64,000 nt of DNA from the human T2T-CHM13v2.0 reference genome, Homo sapiens. Positions 11,198 to 24,449 of the stretch are shown piece by piece. Made by a program: the position numbers and the translations under genes. The notes below the pieces were generated by a model that was not told the origin of the DNA, did not search any database, and worked only from the letters and a program-made list of their open reading frames with translations. The number at the start of each line of letters is the position of its first letter. Within the stretch, counting starts at the first letter, position 1. The DNA is taken from assembly GCF_009914755.1 (NCBI RefSeq), contig NC_060948.1; one strand, 5' to 3'.

Positions 11198-14100
11198 GGC
11201 CTGGAATAAAGTGGAATGCTACGGTCTCGAATGGAATAAAAATGTATGGAATGGAATGCAATGAAATGGAATCGAATGTCATAGAATGTAATGGAATGCA
11301 ACAAAATGGAATCCAATATCATTGACTGGAAAGGCTGGGTGTTGAAAGGAATTGACTCCAATGGAATGGAATCGAATGGAATGGAAGTGAATAGAATCGA
11401 ACTAAATCGAATGGAATGGAATTGATAGGAACGGAATGGAAAGGAATGCAATGATTTGGCATGGAATGGAATCGAATGGCATCGAATGGAATGGAATGGA
11501 ATGCAATGGAATGGAATGTATTAGAATGTAATGAACTTTAATGGAATGTACTCGAATGGATTCGACTGGAATGGAATGTTCTGGAAGTGAATGGACTCCA
11601 ATGGAATGGATTCAAAAGGAATGGAATCGTACGGAATGGAATCTAATGGAATGGAATTAAATGGAAATGAATCAAATTGAATAGCACGGAATTGAATTGA
11701 ATGGAATGGAATGCAATGGAATCTAATGAAACGGAAAGGAAAGGAATGGAATGGAATGGAATGGGCTGGAATGGAAAGGAATCGAAACGAATGGAATGGA
11801 ATCGAACTGAAGAGACTGGAATGGAATGCACTGGAATGGAAGGGAGTGTAATGGAAGGTTCTCGAAAAAAATGGAATGGAATGGAATGGAATTGAATGGA
11901 ACGGAATAGAGTCGAATGGAATTGAATGGAATGGAATGGACTAGAGTGAAATGGAATCGAACCACAAGGAATGGACAGGAATAGAATGGTCTCGAATTGA
12001 ATGGAATCGTATGGAATGGCATCAAACGGAATGGAATGGACAGCCACGGAATGGAATGCACTCGAATGCAATGGAGTCGAAACTAATGGACTGGAATAGA
12101 ATGGACTCGACTGGTACGGACTCCAATGGAATGGAATCGAATGGAAGGGAATCGAACGGAATGGACTCGAAGGGAAAAGACTGCAATGGAAAGGTCTCGA
12201 ATGGAATGGAAATTAATGGAATGGAATGGAATCGAATGAAATGGAGTCAAAAGGAATGGAATCGAATGGCAAGAAATCGAATGTAATGGAATCGCAAGGA
12301 ATTGATGTGAACGGAACGGAATGGAATGGAATCCAAAGGAATGGAATAGAATGGAATGGAATCGAATGGAAAGGACTCGAATGGCAATCACTCGAATAGA
12401 ATGCAATTTAATAAAATAGGATCAAATGTAATGGAATGGAATGGAAAGGAATCGAAACGAAAGGAATGGAGACAGATGGAATGGAATGGAACAGAGAGCA
12501 ATGGTATAGAATGGAATGGAATCATCTGGAATGGAATTGAATGGAATGGAATAATATGAAATGGAATGGAATGGAATGGAATGGAATGGAATGGAATGCC
12601 CTTGAATTAAATGGACTGGAATGGAATGGACTCGAACAGAGTGGAATGGAAAGTGTTGAGATAGAATGGAATGGACTCCTTTGGAATGGTCTAGTATGCA
12701 ATGCAATCGACTGGCAGGGAATCAAAAGGAATGTAATCGAATGGATTGGACTGGAATGCAATGGACTCGAATAGATTGGAAACGGAATGCAAAGGAATGG
12801 AATGGAATAGTATGGAATGGAATGGAAAGGAATGGAGTGGAATAGACTAGAGTGGAATGGAATGGACTGGAAAGCAATGGACTGGAATGGAACTTTCTTG
12901 AATGGACTGCAATCAAACGGAATGGAATGCAATGCAATCAAATGGCATGGAATAAAATAGAATGAAAGAGAATCAAATGGAATTGAATCGAATGGAATCG
13001 AATGGATTGGAAAGGAATAGAATGGAATGGAATGGAATGGACTCAAATGGAATGGACTAGAATGGAATGGATTCGAATGGAAGGCAAAGGAATGGAATCT
13101 ATTGGAATGGACTGTAATGGAATGGAATGGAAGGGATTGGAATGGACTCGAATGGAATGGACTGCAATAGAAAGGATTCGAATGGAATGAAAAAGAATTG
13201 AATGGAATAGAACAGAATGGAATCAAATCGAATGAAATGGAATGGAATAGAAAGGAATGGAATGAAATGGAATGGAAAGGATTCGAATGGAATGCAATCG
13301 AATGGAATGGAATCGAACGGAATGGAATAAAATGGAAGAAAACTGGCAAGAAATGGAATCGAAATGAATGGAGTGTTATGGAACGGACTCAAAAGGAATT
13401 GAATGTAATAGAATGGAGTGGAGTGGACTCGAATATAATGGACTGGAATGGAATGAAATCACATGGAATGGGAACGAATGGAATGGAATGGAAAGGAATG
13501 GAATCGAATGGAAAGGAATCGAATGGAAGGGAATGAAATTGAATCAACAGGAATGGAAGGGAATAGAATAGACGGTAATGGAATGGACTCGAATAGAATG
13601 GACACGAATGCTCAAATTGAATGGACTCGAATGGAATGGAAACGAAAGGAATGTCATCGAATGGAATTGAATCGATTGGAATGAAATCGCATAGAATGGA
13701 GTGGAATCAAATGGAATTGAATCGAAAGGAAAGGAAGCGAATGGACTGAAATGAAATGGAATGGAATTGAATGGAAAGTAATGCAATGGAATAGAATGGA
13801 ACGAAATTTCACGGAATGGAATCAAACTGAATGGAATCAAATCAATGGAATCTAATCAAATGGAATGGAAAGGAATTGAATGGAGTAGATTGGATTGGAT
13901 GGGATTGGAATGAAATGTACTGGAAAGGACTCGAATTTCATGAAACGGAATGGAATGAATTGGAACGGAATGGACTCGAATGGAATGGAATGTCATGGAA
14001 TGGCATCAAATGGAATGGCATCAAATGGAATGGAATCGAATGCAATGGAATGCTATGGAATGGAATGGAATGCATTGGAATGGAATGTCCTCTAATGGAA

Positions 14101-14786
14101 TGGATTCGAGTGGAATGGAATCGAATATAATGGAGTCGAATGAAATGGAATTGAAAGGAATGGGATCGAATAAAATGGAATATACTGGAATGTAATGTAA
14201 TGAACTCGAATGTAATTGACTGGAATGGAATGTACATGAATGGAAGGTAATCGAATGGAAAGTAATCCAATGGAATAGAATCTAATGCAATAAAACCGAC
14301 TCAGATAGAGTAGAATGTAATGGAATGGAGTGCAGTGCAATGGAATGGAATGGAATTGAATGCAATGGAATGGAATGGAATGTAATGGAATGGAATGGAA
14401 TGGAATGGAATGGAATGGAATGGGATGGAATGGTATGGAATGGATAGTAATGGACTGGAGTGAAATGGACTGGAAAGGAATGGACTCAAATTGAAAGGGC
14501 TCGAAAGGAATGGAGTCAAATGGAATGGTCTGGAATGGAATGAACACGAATGTAATGCAATCCAATAGAATGGAATCGAATGGCATGGAATATAAAGAAA
14601 TGGATTCGAAGAGAATGGAAACAAATGGAATGGAATTGAATGGAATGGAATTGAATGGAATGGGAACGAATGGAGTGAAATTGTATGCAGTAGAAGGGAA
14701 TAGAAAGGAATGTAAGCGAAAGGAAAGGAATGGATTGGAATGGAATGGAATTCATTGGAATGGAAGGGAATGTAGTGTAATGGACA

Positions 14787-16847
14787 GGCCTGGAATAAAG
14801 TGGAATGCTACTGTCTCGAATGGAATAAAAATGTATGGAATGGAATGCAATGAAATGGAATCGAATGTCATAGAATGTAATGGAATGCAACAAAATGGAA
14901 TCCAATATCATTGACTGGAAAGGCTGGGTGTCGAAAGGAATTGACTCCAATGGAATGGAATCGAATGGAATGGAAGTGAATAGAATCGAACTAAATCGAA
15001 TGGAATGGAATTGATAGGAACGGAATGGAAAGGAATGCAATGATTTGGCATGGAATGGAATCGAATGGCATCGAATGGAATGGAATGGAATGCAATGGAA
15101 TGGAATGTATTAGAATGGAATGAACTTTAATGGAATGTACTCGAATGGATTCGACTGGAATGGAATGTTCTGGAAGTGAATGGACTCCAATGGAATGGAT
15201 TCAAAAGGAATGGAATCGTACGGAATGGAATCTAATGGAATGGAATTAAATGGAAATGAATCAAATTGAATAGCACGGAATTGAATTGAATGGAATGGAA
15301 TGCAATGGAATCTAATGAAACGGAAAGGAAAGGAATGGAATGGAATGGAAAGGGCTGGAATGGAAAGGAATCGAAACGAATGGAATGGAATCGAACTGAA
15401 GAGACTGGAATGGAATGCACTGGAATGGAAGGGAGTGTAATGGAAGGTTCTCGAAAAAAATGGAATCGAATGGAATGGAATTGAATGGAACGGAATAGAG
15501 TCGAATGGAATTGAATGGAATGGAATGGACTAGAGTGAAATGGAATCGAACCACAAGGAATGGAGAGGAATAGAATGGTCTCGAATTGAATGGAATCGTA
15601 TGGAATGGCATCAAACGGAATGGAATGGACAGCCACGGAATGGAATGCACTCGAATGCAATGGAGTCGAAACTAATGGACTGGAATAGAATGGACTCGAC
15701 TGGTACGGACTCCAATGGAATGGAATCGAATGGAAGGGAATCGAACGGAATGGACTCGAAGGGAAAAGACTGCAATGGAAAGGTCTCGAATGGAATGGAA
15801 ATTAATGGAATGGAATGGAATCGAATGAAATGGAGTCAAAAGGAATGGAATCGAATGGCAAGAAATCGAATGTAATGGAATCGCAAGGAATTGATGTGAA
15901 CGGAACGGAATGGAATGGAATCCAAAGGAATGGAATAGAATGGAATGGAATCGAATGGAAAGGACTAGAATGGAAATCACTCGAATAGAATGCAATTTAA
16001 TAAAATAGGATCAAATGTAATGGAATGGAATGGAAAGGAATCGAAACGAAAGGAATGGAGACAGATGGAATGGAATGGAACAGAGAGCAATGGTATAGAA
16101 TGGAATGGAATCATCTGGAATGGAATTGAATGGAATGGAATAATATGAAATGGAATGGAATAGAATGGAATGGAATGCCCTTGAATTAAATGGACTGGAA
16201 TGGAATGGACTCGAACAGAGTGGAATGGAAAGTGTTGAGATAGAATGGAATGGACTCCTTTGGAATGGTCTAGTATGCAATGCAATCGACTGGCAGGGAA
16301 TCAAAAGGAATGTAATGGAATGGATTGGACTGGAATGCAATGGACAGGAATAGATTGGAAACGGAATGCAAAGGAATGGAATGGAATAGTATGGAATGGA
16401 ATGGAAAGGAATGGAGTGGAATAGACTAGAGTGGAATGCAATGGACTGGAAAGCAATGGACTGGAATGGAACTTTCTTGAATGGACTGGAATCAAACGGA
16501 ATGGAATGCAATGCAATCAAATGGCATGGAATAAAATAGAATGAAAGAGAATCAAATGGAATTGAATCGAATGGAATCGAATGGATTGGAAAGGAATAGA
16601 ATGGAATGGAATGGAATTCACTCAAATGGAATGGACTAGAATGGAATGGATTCGAATGGAAGGCAAAGGAATGGAATCTATTGGAATGGACTGTAATGGA
16701 ATGGAATGGAATTGAATGGAATGGGAACGAATGGAGTGAAATTGTATGCAGTAGAAGGGAATAGAATGGAATGCAAGCAAAAGGAAAGGAATGGATTGGC
16801 ATGGAATGGAATTCATTGGAATGGAAGGGAATGTAGTGTAATGGACA
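14787..16847 (+). repeat. Deleted DYZ1 unit, 2061 bp (copy 2)
   Basis: GGCC spacing is 2061 bp, with the same junction at ~16699-16711. Confidence 0.92.
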
Positions 16848-19800
16848 GGCCTGGAATAAAGTGGAATGCTACGGTCTCGAATGGAATAAAAATGTATGGA
16901 ATGGAATGCAATGAAATGGAATCGAATGTCATAGAATGTAATGGAATGCAACAAAATGGAATCCAATATCATTGACTGGAAAGGCTGGGTGTTGAAAGGA
17001 ATTGACTCCAATGGAATGGAATCGAATGGAATGGAAGTGAATAGAATCGAACTAAATCGAATGGAATGGAATTGATAGGAACGGAATGGAAAGGAATGCA
17101 ATGATTTGGCATGGAATGGAATCGAATGGCATCGAATGGAATGGAATGGAATGCAATGGAATGGAATGTATTAGAATGTAATGAACTTTAATGGAATGTA
17201 CTCGAATGGATTCGACTGGAATGGAATGTTCTGGAAGTGAATGGACTCCAATGGAATGGATTCAAAAGGAATGGAATCGTACGGAATGGAATCTAATGGA
17301 ATGGAATTAAATGGAAATGAATCAAATTGAATAGCACGGAATTGAATTGAATGGAATGGAATGCAATGGAATCTAATGAAACGGAAAGGAAAGGAATGGA
17401 ATGGAATGGAATGGGCTGGAATGGAAAGGAATCGAAACGAATGGAATGGAATCGAACTGAAGAGACTGGAATGGAATGCACTGGAATGGAAGGGAGTGTA
17501 ATGGAAGGTTCTCGAAAAAAATGGAATGGAATGGAATGGAATTGAATGGAACGGAATAGAGTCGAATGGAATTGAATGGAATGGAATGGACTAGAGTGAA
17601 ATGGAATCGAACCACAAGGAATGGACAGGAATAGAATGGTCTCGAATTGAATGGAATCGTATGGAATGGCATCAAACGGAATGGAATGGACAGCCACGGA
17701 ATGGAATGCACTCGAATGCAATGGAGTCGAAACTAATGGACTGGAATAGAATGGACTCGACTGGTACGGACTCCAATGGAATGGAATCGAATGGAAGGGA
17801 ATCGAACGGAATGGACTCGAAGGGAAAAGACTGCAATGGAAAGGTCTCGAATGGAATGGAAATTAATGGAATGGAATGGAATCGAATGAAATGGAGTCAA
17901 AAGGAATGGAATCGAATGGCAAGAAATCGAATGTAATGGAATCACAAGGAATTGATGTGAACGGAACGGAATGGAATGGAATCCAAAGGAATGGAATAGA
18001 ATGGAATGGAATCGAATGGAAAGGACTCGAATGGCAATCACTCGAATAGAATGCAATTTAATAAAATAGGATCAAATGTAATGGAATGGAATGGAAAGGA
18101 ATCGAAACGAAAGGAATGGAGACAGATGGAATGGAATGGAACAGAGAGCAATGGTATAGAATGGAATGGAATCATCTGGAATGGAATTGAATGGAATGGA
18201 ATAATATGAAATGGAATGGAATGGAATGGAATGGAATGCCCTTGAATTAAATGGACTGGAATGGAATGGACTCGAACAGAGTGGAATGGAAAGTGTTGAG
18301 ATAGAATGGAATGGACTCCTTTGGAATGGTCTAGTATGCAATGCAATCGACTGGCAGGGAATCAAAAGGAATGTAATCGAATGGATTGGACTGGAATGCA
18401 ATGGACTCGAATAGATTGGAAACGGAATGCAAAGGAATGGAATGGAATAGTATGGAATGGAATGGAAAGGAATGGAGTGGAATAGACTAGAGTGGAATGG
18501 AATGGACTGGAAAGCAATGGACTGGAATGGAACTTTCTTGAATGGACTGGAATCAAACGGAATGGAATGCAATGCAATCAAATGGCATGGAATAAAATAG
18601 AATGAAAGAGAATCAAATGGAATTGAATCGAATGGAATCGAATGGATTGGAAAGGAATAGAATGGAATGGAATAGAATGGACTCAAATGGAATGGACTAG
18701 AATGGAATGGATTCGAATGGAAGGCAAAGGAATGGAATCTATTGGAATGGACTGTAATTGAATGGAATGGAAGGGATTGGAATGGACTCGAATAGAATGG
18801 ACTGCAATAGAAAGGATTCGAATGGAATGAAAAAGAATTGAATGGAATAGAACAGAATGGAATCAAATCGAATGAAATGGAATGGAATAGAAAGGAATGG
18901 AATGAAATGGAATGGAAAGGATTCGAATGGAATGCAATCGAATGGAATGGAATCGAACGGAATGGAATAAAATGGAAGAAAACTGGCAAGAAATGGAATC
19001 GAAATGAATGGAGTGTTATGGAACGGACTCAAAAGGAATTGAATGTAATAGAATGGAGTGGAGTGGACTCGAATATAATGGACTGGAATGGAATGAAATC
19101 ACATGGAATGGGAACGAATGGAATGGAATGGAAAGGAATGGAATCGAATGGAAAGGAATCGAATGGAAGGGAATGAAATTGAATCAACAGGAATGGAAGG
19201 GAATAGAATAGACGGTAATGGAATGGACTCGAATAGAATGGACACGAATGCTCAAATTGAATGGACTCGAATGGAATGGAAACGAAAGGAATGTCATCGA
19301 ATGGAATTGAATCGATTGGAATGAAATCGCATAGAATGGAGTGGAATCAAATGGAATTGAATCGAAAGGAAAGGAAGCGAATGGACTGAAATGAAATGGA
19401 ATGGAATTGAATGGAAAGTAATGCAATGGAATAGAATGGAACGAAATTTCACGGAATGGAATCAAACTGAATGGAATCAAATCAATGGAATCAAATCAAA
19501 TGGAACGGAAAGGAATTGAATGGAGTAGATTGGATTGGATGGGATTGGAATGAAATGTACTGGAAAGGACTCGAATTTCATGAAACGGAATGGAATGAAT
19601 TGGAACGGAATGGACTCGAATGGAATGGAATGTCATGGAATGGCATCAAATGGAATGGCATCAAATGGAATGGAATCGAATGCAATGGAATGCTATGGAA
19701 TGGAATGGAATGCATTGGAATGGAATGTCCTCTAATGGAATGGATTCGAGTGGAATGGAATCGAATATAATGGAGTCGAATGAAATGGAATTGAAAGGAA

Positions 19801-20426
19801 TGGGATCGAATACAATGGAATATACTGGAATGTAATGTAATGAACTCGAATGTAATTGACTGGAATGGAATGTACATGAATGGAAGGTAATCGAATGGAA
19901 AGTAATCCAATGGAATAGAATCTAATGCAATAAAACCGACTCAGATAGAGTAGAATGTAATGGAATGGAGTGCAGTGCAATGGAATGGAATGGAATTGAA
20001 TGCAATGGAATGGAATGGAATGTAATGGAATGGAATGGAATGGAATGGAATGGAATGGAATGGGATGGAATGGTATGGAATGGATAGTAATGGACTGGAG
20101 TGAAATGGACTGGAAAGGAATGGACTCAAATTGAAAGGGCTCGAAAGGAATGGAGTCAAATGGAATGGTCTGGAATGGAATGAACACGAATGTAATGCAA
20201 TCCAATAGAATGGAATCGAATGGCATGGAATATAAAGAAATGGATTCGAAGAGAATGGAAACAAATGGAATGGAATTGAATGGAATGGAATTGAATGGAA
20301 TGGGAACGAATGGAGTGAAATTGTATGCAGTAGAAGGGAATAGAAAGGAATGCAAGCGAAAGGAAAGGAATGGATTGGAATGGAATGGAATTCATTGGAA
20401 TGGAAGGGAATGTAGTGTAATGGACA

Positions 20427-22487
20427 GGCCTGGAATAAAGTGGAATGCTACGGTCTCGAATGGAATAAAAATGTATGGAATGGAATGCAATGAAATGGAA
20501 TCGAATGTCATAGAATGTAATGGAATGCAACAAAATGGAATCCAATATCATTGACTGGAAAGGCTGGGTGTCGAAAGGAATTGACTCCAATGGAATGGAA
20601 TCGAATGGAATGGAAGTGAATAGAATCGAACTAAATCGAATGGAATGGAATTGATAGGAACGGAATGGAAAGGAATGCAATGATTTGGCATGGAATGGAA
20701 TCGAATGGCATCGAATGGAATGGAATGGAATGCAATGGAATGGAATGTATTAGAATGGAATGAACTTTAATGGAATGTACTCGAATGGATTCGACTGGAA
20801 TGGAATGTTCTGGAAGTGAATGGACTCCAATGGAATGGATTCAAAAGGAATGGAATCGTACGGAATGGAATCTAATGGAATGGAATTAAATGGAAATGAA
20901 TCAAATTGAATAGCACGGAATTGAATTGAATGGAATGGAATGCAATGGAATCTAATGAAACGGAAAGGAAAGGAATGGAATGGAATGGAATGGGCTGGAA
21001 TGGAAAGGAATCGAAACGAATGGAATGGAATCGAACTGAAGAGACTGGAATGGAATGCACTGGAATGGAAGGGAGTGTAATGGAAGGTTCTCGAAAAAAA
21101 TGGAATCGAATGGAATGGAATTGAATGGAACGGAATAGAGTCGAATGGAATTGAATGGAATGGAATGGACTAGAGTGAAATGGAATCGAACCACAAGGAA
21201 TGGAGAGGAATAGAATGGTCTCGAATTGAATGGAATCGTATGGAATGGCATCAAACGGAATGGAATGGACAGCCACGGAATGGAATGCACTCGAATGCAA
21301 TGGAGTCGAAACTAATGGACTGGAATAGAATGGACTCGACTGGTACGGACTCCAATGGAATGGAATCGAATGGAAGGGAATCGAACGGAATGGACTCGAA
21401 GGGAAAAGACTGCAATGGAAAGGTCTCGAATGGAATGGAAATTAATGGAATGGAATGGAATCGAATGAAATGGAGTCAAAAGGAATGGAATCGAATGGCA
21501 AGAAATCGAATGTAATGGAATCGCAAGGAATTGATGTGAACGGAACGGAATGGAATGGAATCCAAAGGAATGGAATAGAATGGAATGGAATCGAATGGAA
21601 AGGACTAGAATGGAAATCACTCGAATAGAATGCAATTTAATAAAATAGGATCAAATGTAATGGAATGGAATGGAAAGGAATCGAAACGAAAGGAATGGAG
21701 ACAGATGGAATGGAATGGAACAGAGAGCAATGGTATAGAATGGAATGGAATCATCTGGAATGGAATTGAATGGAATGGAATAATATGAAATGGAATGGAA
21801 TAGAATGGAATGGAATGCCCTTGAATTAAATGGACTGGAATGGAATGGACTCGAACAGAGTGGAATGGAAAGTGTTGAGATAGAATGGAATGGACTCCTT
21901 TGGAATGGTCTAGTATGCAATGCAATCGACTGGCAGGGAATCAAAAGGAATGTAATGGAATGGATTGGACTGGAATGCAATGGACAGGAATAGATTGGAA
22001 ACGGAATGCAAAGGAATGGAATGGAATAGTATGGAATGGAATGGAAAGGAATGGAGTGGAATAGACTAGAGTGGAATGCAATGGACTGGAAAGCAATGGA
22101 CTGGAATGGAACTTTCTTGAATGGACTGGAATCAAACGGAATGGAATGCAATGCAATCAAATGGCATGGAATAAAATAGAATGAAAGAGAATCAAATGGA
22201 ATTGAATCGAATGGAATCGAATGGATTGGAAAGGAATAGAATGGAATGGAATGGAATTCACTCAAATGGAATGGACTAGAATGGAATGGATTCGAATGGA
22301 AGGCAAAGGAATGGAATCTATTGGAATGGACTGTAATGGAATGGAATGGAATTGAATGGAATGGGAACGAATGGAGTGAAATTGTATGCAGTAGAAGGGA
22401 ATAGAATGGAATGCAAGCAAAAGGAAAGGAATGGATTGGAATGGAATGGAATTCATTGGAATGGAAGGGAATGTAGTGTAATGGACA
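20427..22487 (+). repeat. Deleted DYZ1 unit, 2061 bp (copy 3)
   Basis: GGCC spacing is 2061 bp, with the same junction at ~22339-22351. Confidence 0.92.
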
Positions 22488-24449
22488 GGCCTGGAATAAA
22501 GTGGAATGCTACGGTCTCGAATGGAATAAAAATGTATGGAATGGAATGCAATGAAATGGAATCGAATGTCATAGAATGTAATGGAATGCAACAAAATGGA
22601 ATCCAATATCATTGACTGGAAAGGCTGGGTGTCGAAAGGAATTGACTCCAATGGAATGGAATCGAATGGAATGGAAGTGAATAGAATCGAACTAAATCGA
22701 ATGGAATGGAATTGATAGGAACGGAATGGAAAGGAATGCAATGATTTGGCATGGAATGGAATCGAATGGCATCGAATGGAATGGAATGGAATGCAATGGA
22801 ATGGAATGTATTAGAATGTAATGAACTTTAATGGAATGTACTCGAATGGATTCGACTGGAATGGAATGTTCTGGAAGTGAATGGACTCCAATGGAATGGA
22901 TTCAAAAGGAATGGAATCGTACGGAATGGAATCTAATGGAATGGAATTAAATGGAAATGAATCAAATTGAATAGCACGGAATTGAATTGAATGGAATGGA
23001 ATGCAATGGAATCTAATGAAACGGAAAGGAAAGGAATGGAATGGAATGGAATGGGCTGGAATGGAAAGGAATCGAAACGAATGGAATGGAATCGAACTGA
23101 AGAGACTGGAATGGAATGCACTGGAATGGAAGGGAGTGTAATGGAAGGTTCTCGAAAAAAATGGAATGGAATGGAATGGAATTGAATGGAACGGAATAGA
23201 GTCGAATGGAATTGAATGGAATGGAATGGACTAGAGTGAAATGGAATCGAACCACAAGGAATGGACAGGAATAGAATGGTCTCGAATTGAATGGAATCGT
23301 ATGGAATGGCATCAAACGGAATGGAATGGACAGCCACGGAATGGAATGCACTCGAATGCAATGGAGTCGAAACTAATGGACTGGAATAGAATGGACTCGA
23401 CTGGTACGGACTCCAATGGAATGGAATCGAATGGAAGGGAATCGAACGGAATGGACTCGAAGGGAAAAGACTGCAATGGAAAGGTCTCGAATGGAATGGA
23501 AATTAATGGAATGGAATGGAATCGAATGAAATGGAGTCAAAAGGAATGGAATCGAATGGCAAGAAATCGAATGTAATGGAATCGCAAGGAATTGATGTGA
23601 ACGGAACGGAATGGAATGGAATCCAAAGGAATGGAATAGAATGGAATGGAATCGAATGGAAAGGACTCGAATGGCAATCACTCGAATAGAATGCAATTTA
23701 ATAAAATAGGATCAAATGTAATGGAATGGAATGGAAAGGAATCGAAACGAAAGGAATGGAGACAGATGGAATGGAATGGAACAGAGAGCAATGGTATAGA
23801 ATGGAATGGAATCATCTGGAATGGAATTGAATGGAATGGAATAATATGAAATGGAATGGAATGGAATGGAATGGAATGGAATGGAATGCCCTTGAATTAA
23901 ATGGACTGGAATGGAATGGACTCGAACAGAGTGGAATGGAAAGTGTTGAGATAGAATGGAATGGACTCCTTTGGAATGGTCTAGTATGCAATGCAATCGA
24001 CTGGCAGGGAATCAAAAGGAATGTAATCGAATGGATTGGACTGGAATGCAATGGACTCGAATAGATTGGAAACGGAATGCAAAGGAATGGAATGGAATAG
24101 TATGGAATGGAATGGAAAGGAATGGAGTGGAATAGACTAGAGTGGAATGGAATGGACTGGAAAGCAATGGACTGGAATGGAACTTTCTTGAATGGACTGG
24201 AATCAAACGGAATGGAATGCAATGCAATCAAATGGCATGGAATAAAATAGAATGAAAGAGAATCAAATGGAATTGAATCGAATGGAATCGAATGGATTGG
24301 AAAGGAATAGAATGGAATGGAATGGAATGGACTCAAATGGAATGGACTAGAATGGAATGGATTCGAATGGAAGGCAAAGGAATGGAATCTATTGGAATGG
24401 ACTGTAATTGAATGGAATGGAAGGGATTGGAATGGACTCGAATAGAATG

